Below, in pieces: positions 17,045 through 25,465 of a stretch of 47,204 bases of DNA. The stretch lies in contig CACYCL010000117.1 of the NCBI GenBank assembly GCA_902772905.1, positions 1-47,204 on the forward strand, in the 5' to 3' direction. Both the position numbers and the translations under genes were made by a program. A model generated the notes under the pieces. The model ran no database searches and had not been told where the DNA came from. It saw nothing but the letters and a program-made list of their open reading frames with translations. The stretch is from an uncultured bacterium (GTDB lineage Bacteria; Verrucomicrobiota; Kiritimatiellia; RFP12; UBA1067). Every line of letters starts with the position of its first letter. Within the stretch, counting starts at the first letter, position 1.

Positions 17045-18823
17045 ATGAATGCGATGAAGAAACATGATCTATGGACGGCGGGCGCGAGACGCTGCTTGGC
17101 AGCGCTTGCGGCCGCCTTGCTTGCGGCAAGCTCGCTTGCTGCGGAGGAGTGGCGACACGGAGAGCGGCAGAACATTTGGCCGGATGGAAGAATTCCGGAT
17201 TTCCAGGAGCATCAGATTGCCGAAATGACCGATGTCTCAAGGTCTCCGGGCTTCAGGCCTGAGTATCATCGCATGCCGTATCTTGAATGGTTCGACAAGC
17301 CGAAGACCCCAAATGGCGCGTGCATGATCCTGATTTCAGGCGGGTCGTACATGAACTGCTGCGATGTCGGGCTGATAAAGACGTGGCGTGACCGCTTCAC
17401 TGAGCTTGGCTATCAGACGGTGAACCTTGTGTATCGCACGCCGCGCGCGAAAGGCCTGCCGTGCTACCAGAGCGCATGGGAGGACGGTCAGCGCGCCGTG
17501 AGGCTTGTGCGCTCCCAGGCCATGGCGCGCGGATTTGATCCAGAGAAGATCGGCTTGATCGGGATGTCGGCGGGTGGGCATCTTGCCACAATGCTTGCCA
17601 CGAGTGCGCTCACGCCGGCGTACGCGAAGATAGACGCTGTCGATGACGTGCCGTGCCACGTGAATGTCTGCATCGCGAATGCGCCTGCGTACAACACGCT
17701 GGGCGGCGCAGGTGGCACGGCGCGACCGCAGGACGGCACGACGGAGGTACCTTCCATAAACCCGTGCTTCCAATTCGATGCAAAGACCTGCCCGATAAGC
17801 TTTCACCATGGCGGCGACGACAAGTACACGCCGAACGGATCTACGCTATGCTACCGCGAACTGCGCAAGAGGAAAATTCCCTCGGAGCTGCACCTCTATG
17901 CCGACAAGCCGCACGGAGCGTACGGACTCGAACGTGCCGTCGAATTCCTCGCCCAGATAGAGTTCGCCTCGAAGTTGCCGCGTGCAGTTCCGCTTGACCA
18001 CAGGATGATGCCTGGCGACACGATTCGGACGGAGAAGGAATACCTATGGCCAGAGGGTCGCGAGCCGGATGTCTCTGCCAACAGCATGTACCGCCCGTAC
18101 CTTGTGTGGTTCATTCCGGAGAAGATCAGGACAAAGGCAGTGCAGGTAATAGTTCCGGGAGGTGGCTACGACTTCTGCAACTTCAACGGCGAGGGCACGC
18201 CTGTCGCGCACTATCTGAACGGGAGGGGCATGACGGCGGTCGTGGTCATGTACCGCTGCCCGCGGCCTATCGGTCGCCCGAAGCACTGGAGCGCCTGGCA
18301 GGATGCGCAGCGCGCGGTGCGGATCGTGCGTCACGAGGCGGCTGGGCGAGGGCTTGACCCTGACCGCATCGGTCTGATGGGTTTTTCGGCCGGAGGGCAC
18401 CTGACGCTCATGACGGCGACCAATGCGCGTACTCCGGCATACGAGCCAGTCGACGACATCGACAAGACCTCGGCGAAGCTGCAGTGGGCGGTGCCTGTAT
18501 ATCCTGCGTATTCGCTTACCGACGGAGCGGACAGCCCAAACGCCCGCGGTGGCAACTACGACGATGCTGTGCTTGTCCACGAGTTCTCGTTCGATTCGGA
18601 CACCCCTCCGATGTGCTTCCTGCACGGCGACGCGGATTCGTGGTCGGCGATGAATTCCGTAAAGGCATGGGAGAAGCTCCGCATGATGGGCATACAATGC
18701 GACCTGCATACGTATGCACTGCGCGGGCATTGCTTTCAGATGAGGTGCTCGCCGGGAACTGGCAGTTATACATGGCTGGACAGAGTCTGGGATTTTCTGT
18801 CCGCAAAGAAATTCACAAATTAG
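17045..18823 (+). CDS. secreted tandem-duplicated alpha/beta-hydrolase (two esterase modules)
   Basis: Signal peptide ...LAALAAALLAASSLAAEEW. Two homologous halves, each with W-P-(D/E)-G-R, a G-G-(S/G)-Y oxyanion-type segment and a nucleophile elbow (IGMSAGGHLA and MGFSAGGHLT). Start 17045 or 17033. Confidence 0.75.
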   Translation: MNAMKKHDLWTAGARRCLAALAAALLAASSLAAEEWRHGERQNIWPDGRIPDFQEHQIAEMTDVSRSPGFRPEYHRMPYLEWFDKPKTPNGACMILISGGSYMNCCDVGLIKTWRDRFTELGYQTVNLVYRTPRAKGLPCYQSAWEDGQRAVRLVRSQAMARGFDPEKIGLIGMSAGGHLATMLATSALTPAYAKIDAVDDVPCHVNVCIANAPAYNTLGGAGGTARPQDGTTEVPSINPCFQFDAKTCPISFHHGGDDKYTPNGSTLCYRELRKRKIPSELHLYADKPHGAYGLERAVEFLAQIEFASKLPRAVPLDHRMMPGDTIRTEKEYLWPEGREPDVSANSMYRPYLVWFIPEKIRTKAVQVIVPGGGYDFCNFNGEGTPVAHYLNGRGMTAVVVMYRCPRPIGRPKHWSAWQDAQRAVRIVRHEAAGRGLDPDRIGLMGFSAGGHLTLMTATNARTPAYEPVDDIDKTSAKLQWAVPVYPAYSLTDGADSPNARGGNYDDAVLVHEFSFDSDTPPMCFLHGDADSWSAMNSVKAWEKLRMMGIQCDLHTYALRGHCFQMRCSPGTGSYTWLDRVWDFLSAKKFTN

Positions 18824-18836
18824 CAAACCATAGAGA

Positions 18837-20174
18837 ATGCACATGAATGCGCTTTTGGACAAGATAGTCGCGGACAGGGAAAAGTACAGCTGCAACGTCA
18901 AGACGCTTGGAACGGCCAGCATAGTGTCGCCGATACGCCACCATGACTTTGTGAAGGACGGCCAGCGCGTTCTTCTCACTGGGGACATAGAAATGCTGGA
19001 CGAGTGGGAGAAGCGGCTCGGGCACAAGCCGTCTTTCGAGCGCGCCGGCCCTCACGAGAAGATATTCCACGACCCCGCATGGACTCGCGCAGCGATCGTG
19101 ACGGCTGGCGGGCTCTGCCCAGGGCTGAACAACGTCATAAAGGGCCTTGTCGAAATACTTTCGGCGGATTATGGAATTCGCACCATATTCGGCATACGCT
19201 ATGGCTACGCGGGGCTTGCGCCTGAACATGGATTCTCGCCAATTCAGCTTGATGCAGATTCCGTAGACACGATCCATGAGCTTGGCGGAACAGTGCTTGG
19301 CTCGTCGCGTGGACAGCAGCCCACGAAGACGATTGTAGACACGCTTGAGCGGATGAACATAAACATTCTGTTCTGCATAGGCGGAGACGGGTCGCTTAGG
19401 TGTGCGCACGAGGTTGCTGAGGAGGCGTTGAGGCGGCATCTTTCCATTTCGGTCGTTGGAATTCCAAAGACGATCGACAACGACCTCAACTTCGTCGGTC
19501 GGTCCTTTGGATTCGAGACGGCGGTGGCAGAGGCCACGCAGGTGATCAGAAGCGCCCACATCGAGGCCAAGGGCGCGTTCCGAGGCATTGGCCTCGTGAA
19601 GCTGATGGGTCGTGACTCCGGCTTTATCGCGGCGTATTCGGCAATGGCCAATCCCGTCGTGAACTTCTGCCTTGTTCCCGAGATGGACTTTGAGGTTGAC
19701 GGGCAGAACGGCCTGCTTGCAGCGCTTGAGCGCCGATTCGCCTCCGGCAAGGATCATGCAGTGATAGTTGTCGCAGAGGGGGCGGGGCAGCGCTTCTTCG
19801 ACGGAGCCGATGAGCGCGACGCATCTGGAAACGTATTGAAGAAGGACATAGGCAAGTACTTGAAGCGCCGCATCGTGGATCATTTCACGGCAAAAGGCGT
19901 TGACCATACCGTGAAGTACTTCGATCCGAGTTACACGGTGCGTTCCGTTCCCGCGAGGGGCACGGACGCGATTCGCTGCTACATGCTTGCGCGAAATGCC
20001 GTGCACGCCGCCATGGCCGGACGCACCGACTGCGTCATCGGCAACGTCGGCGAGCTGTACACCGCCGTGCCGATGGCGCTTGCTACAATAGAGCGGCAGA
20101 AGCTGAACCTCTCCGGGGACCTGTGGCGCTGCGTCATGGACGCGACCGGGCAGGAGCGTCTCTTCGCCAACTGA
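18837..20174 (+). CDS. pfkA: 6-phosphofructokinase (ATP-type signature residues)
   Basis: IVTAGGLCPGLNNVIKG, IGGDGSLR, GIPKTIDNDL, MGRDSGFIA. GGDGS plus TIDND favour the ATP-dependent over the PPi-dependent class. Start 18837 or 18843. Confidence 0.9.
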   Translation: MHMNALLDKIVADREKYSCNVKTLGTASIVSPIRHHDFVKDGQRVLLTGDIEMLDEWEKRLGHKPSFERAGPHEKIFHDPAWTRAAIVTAGGLCPGLNNVIKGLVEILSADYGIRTIFGIRYGYAGLAPEHGFSPIQLDADSVDTIHELGGTVLGSSRGQQPTKTIVDTLERMNINILFCIGGDGSLRCAHEVAEEALRRHLSISVVGIPKTIDNDLNFVGRSFGFETAVAEATQVIRSAHIEAKGAFRGIGLVKLMGRDSGFIAAYSAMANPVVNFCLVPEMDFEVDGQNGLLAALERRFASGKDHAVIVVAEGAGQRFFDGADERDASGNVLKKDIGKYLKRRIVDHFTAKGVDHTVKYFDPSYTVRSVPARGTDAIRCYMLARNAVHAAMAGRTDCVIGNVGELYTAVPMALATIERQKLNLSGDLWRCVMDATGQERLFAN

Positions 20175-20215
20175 ATGCGCACTCGGAAGCCCTCAACAAA
20201 GCGAGATACGAATCG

Positions 20216-21622
20216 ATGACGCGAAGTGGTATTAGCTGGGTGCTGTTTTTCGCCACGCGCATTGCCGGGATTGTGCTTGATTCCGCCGCGCTTGCAGTGG
20301 CGTATTGGTGCGCAGTGGCCCTTCGGTTCGATTTCAATCCGCCGCGGTGGGGATGGCGCGGCGTCGCCGTGAGCTTCGCCACTGTCGCATTCGTGCACAT
20401 CGCTTCTTTAGTGGCATGCGGATGCTATCGACTTTCGTGGCGGCGAATTTCGCTTGGTGAGCTCCCTCGCTATCTCTTGTCCACGTTCTTGGCGTGTGCG
20501 GCGTTGACCGCGCTGAGGTTCTCCACGCCGATTGATGACTTCTCGCATGTCCGACCGCCGTATTCCGTTACGCTGATTACTTTTGCGCTGGCCTCGCTTG
20601 CGCTTGTGTCATGGCGCATTGTGTGGAGTTGGGTGGCAATGTCGCGCAAGAGCGCGGACCTGCTTCTGGAGCGCAGCGTCAGGAGAATGGATGGAACTGC
20701 GGCGGCAAGGTTTCTCGGGGGAAAGACCGTGATGGTGACAGGCGCAGGGGGTTCGATAGGCTCGGAACTTGTCAGGCAGGTCGCGACAGCCGGCCCCAAG
20801 CTCCTGCTGCTTGTGGAGCGCGGCGAGAACGCGCTGTATGAAATTGACCGGGAGATGCGGACGATGGCGAGGAGCCTGTGTCCGGTCAAGCCTCTCATGG
20901 TCGACATCAACGACCGTGCGAGGATGGAGGATGTTTTCAACTTTTATCGTCCGGACGTCGTTTTGCATGCTGCGGCATACAAGCACGTGCCAATGGTCGA
21001 GATGAACCCACGGGAGGGCGCACGCAACAATACCGAGGCGACTCGCTCAATTGCGGAGCTGTCAAAGCGATTCGGGGTGGCGCGTTTCGTGATGATTTCG
21101 ACGGACAAGGCCGTGAACCCCGTTTCCGTAATGGGCAAGACCAAGCTCGCCGCGGAAAAGGCGATACTTGCGCTCAACGAGCCTGACGGCGGCGAGAGGT
21201 CGACGAGTTTCTGCGCTGTTCGATTCGGCAATGTGCTAGGCTCGTCCGGCTCGGTCGTTCCGCTCTTCAGGGAGCAGATAGCGAAGCGCCTTCCCGTGAC
21301 GGTAACCCATCCGGACATGAAGCGCTACTTCATGACGGTTCAGGAGGCAGTCGGCCTTGTGCTGCAGGCGGCCAGCCGCAGCGAAAAGGCGATATACACA
21401 CTTGACATGGGCGAGCCTGTCAGGATACTGGATCTCGCCGAGCAGATGATTCGACAGGCCGGGTACAGGCCGTATGTTGACATACCGATAGTGTTCACGG
21501 GAATAAGACCTGGCGAGAAACTCTTCGAGGAGCTTGACGTGTCCGAGAAGTCGGCTTTCAAGACCGACATGGCGCGGATATACATAACGAAAACAAAACC
21601 CGAAACAGGGGATGGCAAATGA
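20216..21622 (+). CDS. membrane-bound CapD/PglF/WbpM-like nucleotide-sugar 4,6-dehydratase (short form)
   Basis: N-terminal TM helices, then KTVMVTGAGGSIGSEL, HAAAYKHVPMVE, ISTDKAVNPVSVMGKTKLAAE. It lacks the first pseudo-Rossmann module seen in long CapD proteins. Confidence 0.85.
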   Translation: MTRSGISWVLFFATRIAGIVLDSAALAVAYWCAVALRFDFNPPRWGWRGVAVSFATVAFVHIASLVACGCYRLSWRRISLGELPRYLLSTFLACAALTALRFSTPIDDFSHVRPPYSVTLITFALASLALVSWRIVWSWVAMSRKSADLLLERSVRRMDGTAAARFLGGKTVMVTGAGGSIGSELVRQVATAGPKLLLLVERGENALYEIDREMRTMARSLCPVKPLMVDINDRARMEDVFNFYRPDVVLHAAAYKHVPMVEMNPREGARNNTEATRSIAELSKRFGVARFVMISTDKAVNPVSVMGKTKLAAEKAILALNEPDGGERSTSFCAVRFGNVLGSSGSVVPLFREQIAKRLPVTVTHPDMKRYFMTVQEAVGLVLQAASRSEKAIYTLDMGEPVRILDLAEQMIRQAGYRPYVDIPIVFTGIRPGEKLFEELDVSEKSAFKTDMARIYITKTKPETGDGK

Positions 21623-23232
21623 AACTGAATCTTGAGTCGATAACGAAGGATGCCGCCGCATGGGCGGCGAAAGGCGTTGCGCTGCCGCAGTTTGACGTGG
21701 CGGCCATGCGGGCGCAGACCCGCGCGACGCCGGAGTGGGTGCATTTCGGCGCGGGCAACATATTCCGCGGCTTCATAGGATCGCTCAGCCAGAGACTTCT
21801 GGAGGCCGGCCTTTCCAAGACCGGCATAATAGCCTGCGACACGTATGACTACGAAGTGATAGACAAGATATATGCGGCGCACGATTCGCTGACGCTGAAT
21901 GTCCTGCTCAATCCAGATGGCACGACGACTCGCGAGGTCCTCGCCGGCGTGGCAGAGGGACTAAAGGTTGATTTCTCCAATCCATCCTCTGCCTCGCGTC
22001 TTCGTGACATTTTCCGCTCGCAGTCGCTTAAGATGCTGTCGTTTACGATTACCGAGAAGGGCTATGCGCTTCGCCGACCAGACGGTTCCCTCCTGCAGGT
22101 GGTCGAGTCCGACATGTCCAACGGCCCTGCGGCGCCGCGCCATGCGATGGCGGTCGTTGCCGCGCTGCTGTACGAACGGTACTGTGCCGGTGCATTGCCA
22201 ATGGCAGTTGTGTCGATGGACAACTGCTCGCACAACGGAGAGAAGCTCATGAATTCCGTCGTTGAAGTTGCAACGGCGTGGAGGGATCGTGGCTTTGTTG
22301 ACGACGGGTTTCTTGAATACATAAGCGATGAGTCCAAGATTTCGTTTCCATGGTCGATGATTGACAAGATCACGCCGCGTCCACATCCCAGGGTGGAGAA
22401 GTCGCTTGCGGAAGATGGCTTCGAGGGCATGGAGCCCATCGTAACGGACAAGAAAACGTTTATCGCAGCATTCGTCAACGCAGAGAGGCCGCAGTATCTG
22501 GTCGTCGAGGACAAGTTTCCAAACGGACGGCCTCCGCTTGAAAGGGCCGGTGTCTATTTCTGCGACCGTGAGACGGTGAACATGACTGAGCGGATGAAGG
22601 TCACGACATGCCTGAACCCGCTTCACACGGCGATGTCGATGTACGGCTGCCTTCTGGGGTACACGCTCATCTGTGACGAAATGAAGGACAATGACATTGT
22701 GCGTCTCGTGAAGCGCCTTGGATATGCAGAGGGTTTGCCGGTAGTCGTGGATCCGAAGATAATCTCGCCAAAGGCGTTCATTGACGAGGTTGTTAACGAG
22801 CGTCTGCCCAATCCGTTCATGCCGGACGATCCGCGTAGAATAGCAACCGACACGTCGCAGAAGCTCGGCATCCGATTCGGGGAGACAGTCAAGAGCTATG
22901 TTGCCGCAGGGAAGAACCTTGATGACCTTGTGTCCATACCGCTGGCAATTGCGGGTTGGTTCCGCTATCTGCTGGCCGTCAACGACAAGGGAGAGCCGTT
23001 CGAAGTCTCGCCCGATCCGTTGAAAGACGAGTTCCAGTCGAGGCTCAGTGGCATTGTCTGGAACGACCCGGCGTCATACAGAGGGCAGTTGCGCCCGCTT
23101 CTCGCGAACGAGTCGGTGTTTCATGTTGACTATACGCAGACGTCGCTTGCAGATCGCATCGAGTCTTATTTTGTGAGGTTGCTTGGTGGCCCAGGCTCCG
23201 CTCGCAGGCTTCTTGAGGATGAACTTAAATAA
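21619..23232 (+). CDS. mannitol-dehydrogenase-family oxidoreductase (fructuronate/tagaturonate-reductase-like)
   Basis: ATG overlaps the previous stop (ATGA). N-terminal Rossmann WVHFGAGNIFRGFIG. About 537 aa, typical of UxuB/UxaB-type enzymes. Substrate not assignable. Confidence 0.72.
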   Translation: MKLNLESITKDAAAWAAKGVALPQFDVAAMRAQTRATPEWVHFGAGNIFRGFIGSLSQRLLEAGLSKTGIIACDTYDYEVIDKIYAAHDSLTLNVLLNPDGTTTREVLAGVAEGLKVDFSNPSSASRLRDIFRSQSLKMLSFTITEKGYALRRPDGSLLQVVESDMSNGPAAPRHAMAVVAALLYERYCAGALPMAVVSMDNCSHNGEKLMNSVVEVATAWRDRGFVDDGFLEYISDESKISFPWSMIDKITPRPHPRVEKSLAEDGFEGMEPIVTDKKTFIAAFVNAERPQYLVVEDKFPNGRPPLERAGVYFCDRETVNMTERMKVTTCLNPLHTAMSMYGCLLGYTLICDEMKDNDIVRLVKRLGYAEGLPVVVDPKIISPKAFIDEVVNERLPNPFMPDDPRRIATDTSQKLGIRFGETVKSYVAAGKNLDDLVSIPLAIAGWFRYLLAVNDKGEPFEVSPDPLKDEFQSRLSGIVWNDPASYRGQLRPLLANESVFHVDYTQTSLADRIESYFVRLLGGPGSARRLLEDELK

Positions 23233-23242
23233 TAGGTGCGCA

Positions 23243-24055
23243 ATGGGTTCGCTAGACAGCAAGCGTCGGCACAGAGGTCCGAGGGAGATGGTGTCCGGGG
23301 GAGAATGGCTCTACGGGCGCAATCCAGTTGAAGAGGCTCTTGCAGCAGGCCGCCGCACATTCTCGGAGATTGTGCTTCCGCCGGTTTCGCCAACGGAAGA
23401 CGAGCAGATACAGCGCATTCGCGATGAGGCGCACGCACGTCGTCTCGTGGTGCGCACGATGGATCGTGACGCGCTTGATCGGCTTACGCGCTTTGGGCAC
23501 CACCAGGGATGCGCGTTGAAGTCGACGGGGTATCCGTATGTTGGCTTTAACGAGATGTTGTCTGCTGTTGAGGCAGATGAGAATGCAATTGTAGTGGTTC
23601 TTGACCATCTGGAGGACCCGCAGAACGTAGGGTCCATCCTGCGCACCGCCTGTGCTGTCGGCGCGACCGGCGTTGTGATACCGGAAGACCGCGCATGCGG
23701 CATTACCCCTGCGGCGGTTCGGGCGTCTGCGGGCGGCGCGGAGCACCTAAAGGTTGCGCACGTTGTCAACCTGCCACGGGCCATGGCGGATTTGAAGGAA
23801 GCAGGAATGTGGCTTACCGGCCTAGACTGGGGCGATGGCGCTCGTGCGTACACCGACATAGACTACAAGGGCCGTGTTGGAATTGTTGTCGGCGCAGAAG
23901 GAGCCGGCATCTCCCGCCTTGTCAGGGAGACTTGCGACTTCATCGGCGAGTTGCCAATGCCAGGTGGTTTTGAGTCGCTTAACGCAGGCGTGGCGGCGGC
24001 AGTTGCGCTTTATGAGGTTCTTCGTCAGCGTTCCGCTGGAGCATCGCGTCGATGA
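23243..24055 (+). CDS. rlmB: TrmH/SpoU-family 23S rRNA 2'-O-methyltransferase (RlmB-like)
   Basis: WLYGRNPVEEAL, LDHLEDPQNVGSILRTA, IVVGAEGAGISRLVRETCD, ESLNAGVAAAVALYE. Confidence 0.85.
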   Translation: MGSLDSKRRHRGPREMVSGGEWLYGRNPVEEALAAGRRTFSEIVLPPVSPTEDEQIQRIRDEAHARRLVVRTMDRDALDRLTRFGHHQGCALKSTGYPYVGFNEMLSAVEADENAIVVVLDHLEDPQNVGSILRTACAVGATGVVIPEDRACGITPAAVRASAGGAEHLKVAHVVNLPRAMADLKEAGMWLTGLDWGDGARAYTDIDYKGRVGIVVGAEGAGISRLVRETCDFIGELPMPGGFESLNAGVAAAVALYEVLRQRSAGASRR

Positions 24056-24765
24056 CTGACGATCGTGCAGCGGCAGCGGCGCGAATCCTGCTTGCCGACG
24101 ACGAACGCCCGATTCGCGCAGGACTTGCCGCGGCGCTTGAGTCGGCTGGATACTGTGTAGTCCAGGCTCGTGACGGTGAGTCGGCCGTGCGTCTTTTCAT
24201 GGATGCAGGGGCAGACCTCGTGCTGTTGGACGTCATGATGCCGCGCATGGACGGTTTGTCCGCGTGTGCCAAGATACGCGAGACAAACGCTCATGTCCCG
24301 ATCATATTTCTTTCGGCGTTGGATGACGACACTTCGCAAATGGACGGACTTGGCCTTGGAGCCGACGATTATATTGCCAAGACCGCGCCAATTCGCGTAC
24401 TTCTGGCTCGCGTCGCAGCGGCGCTACGTCGCGCAAACAACGAAGAGCCATCGGTAGATTTCGACTTTGGCGCATGGCGCGTTAATCCCGTCAAGTTTTC
24501 CATGAGGCGGTGCACGGGCGAATGTGCCGGACTGAGCGACCGTGAAGTTGCGCTTTTGCGGCTTTTTGCCGCGCATCCAGGCGAAGTCCTGGGAAGAGAC
24601 AACATTGTTGCCCGACTGTGGGGCGTGGATGCAGAAGTTGCCGATGTGGGGCTGTCGGTCGCAGTTCACAAGCTGCGCGCCAAGCTTCAAGACGATGGAT
24701 GGCTCATACGCTCGCATCGCGGCATTGGGTATTCCTACGAATCGCCTCCAGGCAATGGCGAATGA
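24052..24765 (+). CDS. OmpR/PhoB-family response regulator (no adjacent histidine kinase)
   Basis: ATGA overlap with rlmB. Receiver ILLADDERPIR...LVLLDVMMPRMDG...DDYIAKT. Winged helix LSDREVALLRLFAAHPGEVLGRD...VAVHKLRAKL...RGIGYSY. Confidence 0.9.
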   Translation: MTDDRAAAAARILLADDERPIRAGLAAALESAGYCVVQARDGESAVRLFMDAGADLVLLDVMMPRMDGLSACAKIRETNAHVPIIFLSALDDDTSQMDGLGLGADDYIAKTAPIRVLLARVAAALRRANNEEPSVDFDFGAWRVNPVKFSMRRCTGECAGLSDREVALLRLFAAHPGEVLGRDNIVARLWGVDAEVADVGLSVAVHKLRAKLQDDGWLIRSHRGIGYSYESPPGNGE

Positions 24766-24787
24766 ACCTAGTTCTGACGGGTTGCCG

Positions 24788-24816
24788 TTGCTAAGGGGGT
24801 CAGAATGTGGTATAAT
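24788..24816 (+). promoter_or_regulatory. sigma70-type promoter TTGCTA-17 nt-TGgTATAAT placed 8 nt before ATG 24825 (leaderless-type geometry)
   Basis: TTGCTA at 24788-24793, TG at 24808-24809, TATAAT at 24811-24816, ATG at 24825. No room for a Shine-Dalgarno element. Confidence 0.6.
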
Positions 24817-24824
24817 TCAGACAA

Positions 24825-25406
24825 ATGACAGACGGCGAATGGCATACCCTGGTTAGGGACGAGAAGGACGAGGGCTGGAAACTCGTCTGGGAGCGTGTTG
24901 TCGAGCCAGAGTCAAAGTCGATGCGCTCTGCCGAGATGATGCGTCGCTATTCGCTTTCCGCCGGCGATTTGATGGGCATGTTGTACGAGGACATGATAGG
25001 CCGCCGCAAGATAGACCTGTATCGCGGTGACGGCAGCTTTGAGGGCTGGCTCAGGCGCTACGTTCGCGGATACGTGCTTAATTCCGATCCGAATCCGCGA
25101 GGCGATGTCTCAATAGAGGGTGCGCATCCTGATGCGGACGATGGATGCACGGTAATGGAGATACCTGCGGACGACAAGATGGCTCGTTTGCGCAACGAAG
25201 TATGGGGGATGACGCACTGGTGCCTCAGAAAGATGTGGAACGAAGACCCGGAGCGCTGCTACATACACGTGCTCAAGACGCGCTTTTTCCTTTCCAGCGA
25301 GGAGATACGCGACTTGCTTGACATGTCTTCTGCGGCTAACGTGGACCAGATATTTTCGCGCAGCGTTAGATTTATGCGAGAGACTGCATTTACAGTTTGG
25401 AAATAG
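24825..25406 (+). CDS. divergent ECF-like sigma-70 family factor
   Basis: Region-2-like GDLMGMLYEDMIGRRKIDLYRGDGSFEGWLRRYVRGYVLN. Region-4-like HTH LSSEEIRDLLDMSSAANVDQIFSRSVRFMRE. No anti-sigma gene follows. Confidence 0.6.
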   Translation: MTDGEWHTLVRDEKDEGWKLVWERVVEPESKSMRSAEMMRRYSLSAGDLMGMLYEDMIGRRKIDLYRGDGSFEGWLRRYVRGYVLNSDPNPRGDVSIEGAHPDADDGCTVMEIPADDKMARLRNEVWGMTHWCLRKMWNEDPERCYIHVLKTRFFLSSEEIRDLLDMSSAANVDQIFSRSVRFMRETAFTVWK

Positions 25407-25465
25407 CAAAGGCAGCGAGAAGGTATTTTATTGAAAGCATTGATACACAAAAGGAGAAACACACG

